A stretch of 43,853 nucleotides of DNA from Octopus bimaculoides (lineage: Eukaryota): the NCBI RefSeq assembly GCF_001194135.2, contig NC_068991.1, forward strand, positions 52,053,400 through 52,097,252, in the 5' to 3' direction. Under the pieces are notes generated by a model. It had not been told where the DNA came from. It worked only from the letters and a program-made list of their open reading frames with translations, and made no database searches. A program made the position numbers and the translations under genes. Shown piece by piece: positions 35,138-43,853 of the stretch (positions are counted from its first letter, which is position 1; each line of letters starts with the position of its first letter).

Positions 35138-36083
35138 AGATGGGAGAAAGAGAAGGGCTAAAATATAGAATCAGCGGCCAAGACAAATAAAGCTGAAGAA
35201 AATGAATGGAGTCATCCGCTTGAATAAATAAGTAAATAAATAAGTTATATGAATATTTAATGTCGATGAAACATCTGAAGGAAATGAAGAAAGAGTTCAA
35301 CTAACTTGGAATTAACTTGCTGGCGGAAGTGAATAAAGACGTTGAAAGTTATAATCCTTCGGGTTAATTTAGTATAGCGAATTATACTCGCCTGTTTTGG
35401 GGACAATACCATTTTCGTAAGAAGGTATAGCTATTCTTGTTTGGGGACATAATAAATAACTGCTATTTATGTTTTTGTTTATCCCTTTTGTTAACCCTGA
35501 TTAAGCAGACTTATCATCCTGTCTCACATTTTTTTTTTTTGTAGGTATAGTGTATATAGCTTTACATTATTGAATACATTTTTTAACACTGGAGCGTGAT
35601 TCGAGGGAGATTTGGCTAGTGTTTTTATAAGTTGAGCAAACACATAAACGCTTCTATGTGGTCGGAGTAGTTATTTAGAATTTAAGCAGTGAAGTTATTT
35701 AAAATTTAAGCACCGAGGTAGATATAGTTTCGACCATCTTTACTGTCCGAATATCTTGGAATTTATAAGAAACTTTTTATGTTTAGGGGTTCGAGAGAAC
35801 AACGCTAACACCATCTACGAAACTCGAAGTTACACATAGATTGTTGTTGCTGTTGTTTGGTACCAGGTTAACTCAGGTTAAGCAGACTTGTGGCTAAAGT
35901 ATTACAGCTATGACTATCGTATCTTTATTGCAGACATAATGTGTCTAACACCATTAGTCATCGTGTTCTTCTTTTTAAAGATGAAAAGTTATAATTTAAG
36001 AAAAAGATTTGATTATCATTTCAAGCTCGTGAACGAACTCCTGAAAGTTTCCGTGGGCGTCAAAGATCCACACCCATCCTTTG

Positions 36084-36300
36084 TTTTACTCGTTTCAGTC
36101 ATTCGAATGCGGCCATACCGGAGCCCTACCTTGAAGAATTTTTAATAGAATGAATCGACATAGTACTATATTTTAAAGGCCTACTACTATTTTATTGATC
36201 TCTTATGCCGAACCGCTAGTTTACGGCATCGTAAACACACCAACACTGGTTTTCAAGCTGTGATGGGGGACAAAGGGACAAACACACACAAAGACACACA
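36084..36300 (-). mobile_element. SINE family A, 3' half
   Basis: TTTTACTCGTTTCAGTCATTCGAATGCGGCCA...GCCGAACCGCTAG.TTACGG..CGTAAACACACCAACACTGGTT. Confidence 0.85.
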
Positions 36301-36315
36301 TATGCTTACCTACAT

Positions 36316-36317
36316 GC

Positions 36318-36364
<47 letters not shown>

Positions 36365-36430
36365 CATATACTCACACACACACACACATATATATATACT
36401 CACACACACACACACACACATATATATACT

Positions 36431-36464
<34 letters not shown>

Positions 36465-36574
36465 CTCACACACACATATATATATATACTCACACACACA
36501 CATATATATATATACTCACACACACACATATATATATATACTCACACACACACATATATATATATACTCACACA
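36316..36574. repeat. Compound minisatellite [(TA)n-CT-(CA)n], about 8 units of 24-36 bp
   Basis: TATATATACTCACACACACACA recurs up to the gap at 36575. Confidence 0.92.
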
Positions 36575-37068
36575 NNNNNNNNNNNNNNNNNNNNNNNNNN
36601 NNNNNNNNNNNNNNNNNNNNNNNNNNNNNNNNNNNNNNNNNNNNNNNNNNNNNNNNNNNNNNNNNNNNNNNNNNNNNNNNNNNNNNNNNNNNNNNNNNNN
36701 NNNNNNNNNNNNNNNNNNNNNNNNNNNNNNNNNNNNNNNNNNNNNNNNNNNNNNNNNNNNNNNNNNNNNNNNNNNNNNNNNNNNNNNNNNNNNNNNNNNN
36801 NNNNNNNNNNNNNNNNNNNNNNNNNNNNNNNNNNNNNNNNNNNNNNNNNNNNNNNNNNNNNNNNNNNNNNNNNNNNNNNNNNNNNNNNNNNNNNNNNNNN
36901 NNNNNNNNNNNNNNNNNNNNNNNNNNNNNNNNNNNNNNNNNNNNNNNNNNNNNNNNNNNNNNNNNNNNNNNNNNNNNNNNNNNNNNNNNNNNNNNNNNNN
37001 NNNNNNNNNNNNNNNNNNNNNNNNNNNNNNNNNNNNNNNNNNNNNNNNNNNNNNNNNNNNNNNNNNNN

Positions 37069-37130
<62 letters not shown>

Positions 37131-37439
37131 CACACACTCACAGAATACAAAAAATAGGCATTAACAATAGATGTTCGAACAGCCCAAACTATGACACATT
37201 ATGGAACACAAATAGAGCGTAATAAATGTATCAGATTCTTATTTAAAATACAAAAACCAAAAAACAAAATGAATTCTATTAATCAAATACAGACTAATTA
37301 TAGAACAGCCCGACATTATCAATAGAAGCATTATACATGGTGAATTGTGATACACTATTAACTAACATTAACATTACACTACAAGTACACTAACATTAAA
37401 ATTCTACTAATAACAAACCACAACCATGTATAACTGTAA

Positions 37440-37800
37440 GCAAGCTACTAACGACCAATGTGGTTTGCAAATTTAATTGCAAACATGAAACAGGAAATTT
37501 ATAAATTTTATGATTCCAACTGGCCATACCAATACAACATTCACCCGCCAACTCACTATGCATTTACAAGAAGGAGCAATTGCAAATACCTGACAGACGA
37601 CATGTAACTCTAAATTAAACTCCAGTGGTAATGTCTGTACGACTTTAATCGGACTTGACTACTTTTAAGAGCCAGCAACACACGCCAACAAAACTTTATC
37701 CAGAAGTTGAGGTCGTGAATATTAGGCAATGTTGATCATGAACTTGGAAACATTACTGTTCTCAAGAAACTCATACAAACATTTAAAAAAGCCTTGATAA
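37440..37800 (+). mobile_element. Penelope-like element GIY-YIG endonuclease relic
   Basis: LTTNVVCKFNC (37448) then, frameshifted, GHTNTTFTRQLTMHLQEGAI (37522-37581), matching the NVVYKF.C...YIG.T.T.L.RRLT.H pattern. Confidence 0.65.
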
Positions 37801-39484
37801 AGAAAAAAACAGAATGCAGTTGCGTTTTCAATATAAGTAATATATTATATGTATTATGTTAATATATTTACTAGAAACTATAAATAATAGGTAAATGCTA
37901 GTGGAATTCAATCATACATTTAAAAATTCTTTCTCTCAATTTGAGAAATTCTCCATATGGCAACATGATTGAGATACATTCACATTTCACATTCCAGATT
38001 TGAGTTAAATAATGAATGGCTTGCTTATACAACGAATAGTGTTTTGCAGCAACGCTGTTCGCTTTAAACTATATGGAGAGAGAGAGGGGGGAGAGAGAGA
38101 GAGAAGGACAGAGAAAGATTTGGGAAGAAGTTTGGGATTGGTGGGAAGGAGCAGACATACTGTAAATTTGTTGTTGAACTCCGCTAAACAAATTAGCCGT
38201 GAAAAGATGATACTTCATCGTCGGTAAATTCTTGATGTTGGCCATAAGGCTGAGATTTATCTTCTAAATAGACAGCACAAGCGTTAGTTGCAGCGAGATC
38301 TGTTTAGTGCAACTGACTTTACCAAATTTCGGACTGAAATTGCAATGATGAATGGCCTCTCCTCTTCCTTCCCTCATTTCCCCCCACCCCGCACCCTCGT
38401 TTAGTTTCTCACTGAAATCTAACAGTTACATCATTGGCATTGATTATAATCAATGCCGAAAAACCTTCACATATACGCACGCAAACACACACAAACGCAC
38501 ACAGACACCCGCATTCACCCATGTACAGTGATGTTCATAAGTATCCATGACGTATAGAATAAAACTGATTTAAAAAAAAATATTCTTATCACTAATCAAT
38601 TTTTAATATCTTCTGTATATTGTTTATACTTTATGAATAGGCACAATTTCATTTAATTATTAATTTATTTTAACAACATACATTCATACGTACGCACAAA
38701 TATGAGCGTTTTCATTTTTGTTTTACCAGCTTTGTGTTTTTGTTTTATATTTTCCCTTTCGAAGCTTTTTATCTTTTTTCTTTTCTTTATTTTTAAATTT
38801 CGCCATTTCAGCAAATGTTGCTCAAGACTACAAATGGAAATTTACTTATATCGAAATATTTTGTGGTAAATCCGTCTTGACCACAAAATAATGCGATACT
38901 ATTTTTAGTTTTTAAGTAGAAACTTTGACTGTCAACCCCTTCACGTTTCTTTGGTTATTAACCAATTAACAGAAATAAATGTACGAAAATATTTAATCCT
39001 TTTTGGCTCCAGAATTATTTTAGTAATAAGAAATTTAATTACTAAGTCAAACAGTTTAGTAAAGTAACTGAGCCATAATATTTGATCAATTATTAACAAA
39101 TGTCCTTCTAACGAAAACTAGCCCATTTGATTGGCAAGGACTCCCATCAACCAATCAGATCTCTCACATAACTTAAGTTGTGGTTAATCCATGTCTTACG
39201 AGTAAATACACTTTCATGTTAACGGAAATAACCTACATTTTTACAATGTATGAGAACAATATTGTAACATAATTCATAATTATTTAATTTATAAATTAGA
39301 GATTCAAACAGTTTTGATTATTTACAAGCTTTCATTTTTACACAGATTCCGTTCTCTATTTCCGGTTCTCACTAAATTAAAATCTAATCATTTAAACAAT
39401 TTAAGAAAATTTACATTTTATTTTTCTTAATCTTATTCAAAATTCTGATTACACGACGCATTTTGATATGCACTCAGTGCACTC

Positions 39485-39656
39485 AGGCGAAGTGGTTTAA
39501 GTGGTTTACGAAGCTCGCTTTGCAGCCCCGTGATTTTGGGTTCTGTCCCATTGCGCGGTGCCCACGGGAAATGTTTTCTATTAGAGCCCTAAGCCGGCCA
39601 ATATCTTGTAATTGAATTTGTTAGACAGAAACGGTGTGGAATCCCGTCGTATATAC
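39485..39656 (+). mobile_element. SINE family A, diverged 5' half
   Basis: GTGGTTTACGAAGCTCGCTT...GGGTTCTGTCCCATTGCG...TTAGACAGAAACG...CCCGTCGTATATA. Confidence 0.75.
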
Positions 39657-39809
39657 ATGTGTGTGTGCGTGCATGTGTGTGTGTGTTTGTGTGTGTGTGT
39701 CTATAACTTAGAGTGTACTTCTCTTTCGGATTTATGATTTACGAACGATATATATATATATATATTCCTTGCCAAGTGGTGTATAATTCCATATTCACTT
39801 CTTCCTCAG

Positions 39810-40058
39810 TTCGTAACTCAGGCCGCAGTGATTACTGAATTTAAGAAGTGTGCCAACGATCATTGGCATCCAGCTGCGCTTGTTGTAGAGATCGAAAAAG
39901 AGACAACTCATTATTCGCATCCTCTTCCTTTTCGAGTGATAAAATCAAATGAAAAAGTTAGTTTCCTAAACTACCTTATGGTCAACACACTCATGATGGT
40001 AACGACCAGAGCAGCTTTGAATACAGATCTACTTGCTGAAGACTGCCTTAGAAACTAA
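39810..40058 (+). CDS. Candidate terminal exon (FVTQAAVITEFKKCANDHWHPAALVVEIEK...DCLRN*), product unknown
   Basis: Acceptor TTCACTTCTTCCTCAG| and 82 open codons of balanced composition; no homology recognised. Confidence 0.15.
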   Translation, partial: FVTQAAVITEFKKCANDHWHPAALVVEIEKETTHYSHPLPFRVIKSNEKVSFLNYLMVNTLMMVTTRAALNTDLLAEDCLRN

Positions 40059-40986
40059 AGGGAAGCATAGGAAAGTAAAGAGCTATAATTAGATTTCAGG
40101 TACCAAAATAATCCCCCCTACTTCCCAGACGATGAGAAACCTCTAAGTTGTCAGTCATTCGACTTGCTAGAAATAACAACCAAGTTTCCAGCTTAGATAA
40201 AGAAGACTACATTGAACAGTACAATACCTGATATGCAAAAAAAAAAAAAGACCAGGTTGCTACGGCTTGATCATGACGTAACTGTGTCTAAAACTGCTCC
40301 AGTTTTGGGGCCCTTTCTTCAGTAATGAGCCTCACAAATTCAGTGTCTCGACCTTACTTGTACTGAGAATTTAGAAGTAAAATCTAAAATGCCTCCTGAT
40401 CATATGACTCCGGGAGGATTTTATTAGAGCACAACTGTATAGAATATAGACTACGTAAATGTACTGGATTTCCTGTAACTCTTCTCCGAGTACACTAAAT
40501 CCCTAGTTTTCCTCTACATACGTTTGCTTGACTGCTCTTTATCATTGTGACTGTATTTCTTAAAGCCACTATTATGATATATGAACTGCATTTAAATACT
40601 GACTAAATCTACATATAAATATTCATAGGGGTTTGTTGAGTAAATACACATTATTTCCATCTGGTTGAATAGGAATAATTATTATGTTAGAAGTTCTGTT
40701 TCTGTATCAACGTTCTCGTCACTGAGTTAATCAGAAAGAGGACAGCGTTTATTCTCCAAGGATTCGTATATTCTTTTGAGAAGAAATAGACAAACGAGTT
40801 TTATTTATTCTAACACCCCAGACAATTGCATATCTAGAATCAGTCAATATAGAGTCTTTGCAACACAAAGAGCATTTTTATGATAATATTTTATGAATAT
40901 AAAGTTTGGAACACATTTAATGTAGTAGCAACATAGATATATACAACATACATACACTACTGTATGTATATATTAGTGTATCTATA

Positions 40987-41034
<48 letters not shown>

Positions 41035-41035
41035 A

Positions 41036-41072
<37 letters not shown>

Positions 41073-41630
41073 AGTGTGCTCCTACTATCGAAAATGACGT
41101 CAATTTTTTTTTTTATTATTATTTGAATATTTTGATAATGAAATAAAATGCAAGTGTAATAAATTATGTTTACATCTCGATATAGATATGAAGGCATTGG
41201 AACAGAATTTGTATTGAATAATCGTCAGTTCGAATACGACCGGGGTTACGTTGTTATTTGTCTCTTTCTAAGTTGTCAGTTCAAATCTTGTCGCAGTTAA
41301 CATTTCCTTTCATTCTTCTAGGGTCGATTAATCAAAGGAGGAGTCAAGTACGAGGCTCTCTATATAGTTCTTTGAAGCATTAATCCAGGATTGCAGTGAA
41401 GTATTCTAATTTTTCCTTGCAGTCCTGGGAGAATCTCCATAAAGAAGCTTCTGCCTATCTCTCTCCTCAATTAATGTTAACCTTATAAGTATCAAATCGA
41501 TAGGCTGTATTATTTGTTGTTGTTTCATCATAGATCAGACATTCCGACCATGACTGTTAATTCTTTTTAAAGACTTTTGTGTACACTCTGCAATGTATTT
41601 TGCCGTTTTAAGACAGTTCATATTAACTAA

Positions 41631-41797
41631 GTGGCTGTGTGGTAAGAAGCTCGCTTCCCAACCATACGGTTCCAGGTTCAGTCCCCCTGCGTGGCATCTT
41701 GGGTAAGTGTCATCTACTACACCCTCGGACTGACCAAAGCCTTCTGAGTGGATTTCGTAGACAGAAACTGAAAGAAGCCAGTCGTACATATATATAT
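41631..41797 (+). mobile_element. SINE family A, 5' half
   Basis: GTGGCTGTGTGGTAAGAAGCTCGCTTCCCAACCATACGGTTCCAGGTTCAGTCCC...GACAGAAACTGAAAGAAGCC.GTCGTA. Confidence 0.9.
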
Positions 41798-42098
41798 GCG
41801 AGTAAAAATAAATACAAAAAAAGGGTGGATTTTTTTGTATGATTGTGTATAGAGGAATATATTATTTTGCTTAAAAGAGTTCCAACACTGTCTGTTTTTT
41901 ATGTTTTATTTATATTCCTGCAGAACTAATGTGGGGTATAGAATATGGAATATACAATATATAATATAATATACAATATATAATATAAAATAAAATAAAA
42001 ATGGATGGCACCATGAAATAAAGTATTGAATGTAGATGAAATATTGAGTGTTCAATATAAAGGATCAAATATATAAATATATAAATATATATATATAA

Positions 42099-42139
42099 AG
42101 GCGACTCGAGTTTCAGGGCTATTTCCCTTCGTCATGGCC
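42099..42139 (-). ncRNA. Minimal hammerhead-like motif (1-nt insertion in the core)
   Basis: Minus strand GGC-C(a)UGACGA-AGGG(aaauag)CCCU-GAAAC-ucga-GUC-GCC: stem I GGC/GCC, stem II AGGG/CCCU, ACUCGAGU stem III. Confidence 0.55.
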
Positions 42140-42157
42140 GGTATGACAGTCTTTAAC

Positions 42158-42208
<51 letters not shown>

Positions 42209-42244
42209 ATGTATGTATGTATGTATGTATGTATGTATGTGTGT

Positions 42245-42475
42245 GTATGTACGTATTTGTGTGTCTGTATTTGTCCCCCCACCATAACTTTACAACCGAT
42301 GTTGGCGTGTTTACATACCCATAACCTAGCAGTTCGGCAAAAGAAACCGATAGAATAAGTTCTTGGCTTACAAAGAATAAGCCCTGGGGTCGATTTGTTC
42401 GACTAAAGACGGTGTTCCAGCATGGCCGCAGTCAAATGACTGAAACAAGTAAAAAAGTAAAAGAATAAAAGAATA
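42245..42475 (+). mobile_element. SINE family A, 3' half
   Basis: TTGTCCCCCACCA...GCAGTTCGGCAAAAGAAACCGATAGAATAAG...CAGCATGGCCGCAGTCAAATGACTGAAACAAGTAAAA. Confidence 0.92.
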
Positions 42476-42749
42476 TATGTATGCATATATGCATACACAT
42501 GCACGCGCGCGTGCACATATACATGTACACAAATACATACATACATACATACATATATAACAGCCAAAACTACTATTTCTCTACTAAAATACGACTCCCA
42601 AAAACAGTAATACCTGCAAACTTGCTGAACCCTAAATTTTAAATTGTGTTTATATATTTACCGATAATGGTTTTTAACACACCGAACTACTTGGTCAAAT
42701 TACTAATTATCAATTAATTATTAATTTTTACCCCATGTCTGTATGAGTT

Positions 42750-42815
<66 letters not shown>

Positions 42816-43246
42816 ACGTACCTGTATCATTGAAAAACCTGCAGGGATTGCAGTTTCTTTTTCCAGAAAAAAATCCCCTTTACAAAAAAAACACAATAAA
42901 TGTAAGCAGCTAGGCGAAATGAAATCGCCCAGAAAGCGACAGCTTCGTATTTCGAAGTTGTGGCTTGACGAAATCGAATCGGCCAGTCTGAGGTAGTATA
43001 CAAAGATATACCAACTGTTTCTACACTATGTGTGTGTGTTTGAGTGTGTGTACGTTTGTGTCTGTGTAAATGTATATATTGATATCTGCCAGGATTTTTT
43101 AATCACTTTCTTCTTGCATATATACAAATGCGTACGTACACAACACACATACAGACATATATAAACATTTAACCGATAATCGTTAGTTCGACAAAATATA
43201 TTTTACTTTCTCTATAGCTCTTCAGTAATTAGAGCACAAACACATG

Positions 43247-43500
43247 TCCGGCCGTTGTGTGTTTATTGAGCGAAAACACCTAAAGCTCCACGACGCTCCG
43301 GCAGAGGGTGGTGGCGACCCCTGTTGTACTATTTCGACCCAACTTTCTGTCAGTCTTTCTTCCTGTATCTTGAGTAAAGCTGCGATGGACTGGCGTCCCG
43401 TCTAGCTGGGGGGAGGGAACACATACGCCATAGAAACTGGGAAACCGGGCCCATGAGCCTGACTAGGTTTTAAAAGGGCGCATAAATAAATAAATAAATA
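43247..43500 (+). mobile_element. 5'-truncated SINE sharing its body with family C but with a different 3' module and a (TAAA)n tail
   Basis: GTGTTTATTGAGCGAAAACACCTAAAGCTCCACGA.GCTCCGGCAG as at 22584-22630; then GCGATGGACTGGCGTCCCGTC...GGGAAACCGGGCCCATGAGCC...(TAAA)n. Confidence 0.75.
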
Positions 43501-43510
43501 AATTATATAT

Positions 43511-43545
<35 letters not shown>

Positions 43546-43622
43546 GGCGTAGGAGTGGCTGTGTGGTAAGTAGCTAGCTTACCGAAAGGACGTGTTTTTC
43601 TTCTCGCTCCGCTGAATGCCAG

Positions 43623-43650
43623 CGTCGTGAATTTTGACGTGCAACTACAG
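43623..43650 (+). CDS. Candidate 28-nt exon (-VVNFDVQLQ) or non-coding exon
   Basis: GTTTTTCTTCTCGCTCCGCTGAATGCCAG| acceptor and CAG|GTAAGA donor. Confidence 0.2.
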
Positions 43651-43853
43651 GTAAGACTTTTGTGTTTTTTTGGATTTATATCTCTTTATTACCCACTAGG
43701 GGCCAAACATAGAAAGGGACAAAACATCTGATTGGGGTCAGATAACACGTATGGGGTTACAAAAATATGAAACAATTAAAAATATAATAAAATCGAAAAT
43801 CGAATGTTTACAACAAACAACACACAAAACAATATAGACAGATGAAGTTGGGG

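Noticed and set aside
36316-36574. CRISPR-like regular repeat
   Set aside because: No unique spacers; it is a eukaryotic compound microsatellite.
42989-42998. TGAGGTAGTA, the 5' 10 nt of let-7
   Set aside because: The rest of the mature sequence (GGTTGTATAGTT) and a star-arm hairpin are absent.
14451-43580. tRNA genes at SINE heads
   Set aside because: The A/B boxes run directly into SINE bodies, so these are tRNA-derived heads, not functional tRNAs.
1250-43853. Long ORFs in the track rich in YI/HT/CV/ER repeats or X
   Set aside because: They are translations of dinucleotide microsatellites and N gaps, not genes.

Overview
AT-rich, repeat-dense eukaryotic scaffold with ten N gaps (about 5.6 kb), almost all flanked by (TA)n, (GT)n or (GA)n microsatellites. 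The repeat landscape (abundant tRNA-derived SINEs with internal microsatellites, TA/CA/ATT repeats) looks like an octopus (coleoid cephalopod) genome; this is inferred from remembered repeat sequences, not from a search. I cannot identify any protein-coding gene with confidence, and most ORFs in the track are microsatellite or gap artefacts. Supported content: two Tc1/mariner (maT/DD37D-like) relics, two Helitrons with recognisable ends, fragments of RTE, R4/Dong-like, Penelope-like and APE-type LINEs, and many copies of at least three SINE families. Most notable signals: (i) five hammerhead-ribozyme-like motifs of the minimal Penelope type, one attached to a microsatellite-centred fold-back; (ii) a head-to-head pair of tRNA-like units forming a 170-bp palindrome; (iii) nested long inverted repeats at 25.6-26.9 kb; (iv) a coding-like island at 12.9-13.4 kb with an F-type-lectin-like C-terminus; (v) low-confidence plus-strand small exons and microexons that can be spliced in frame.
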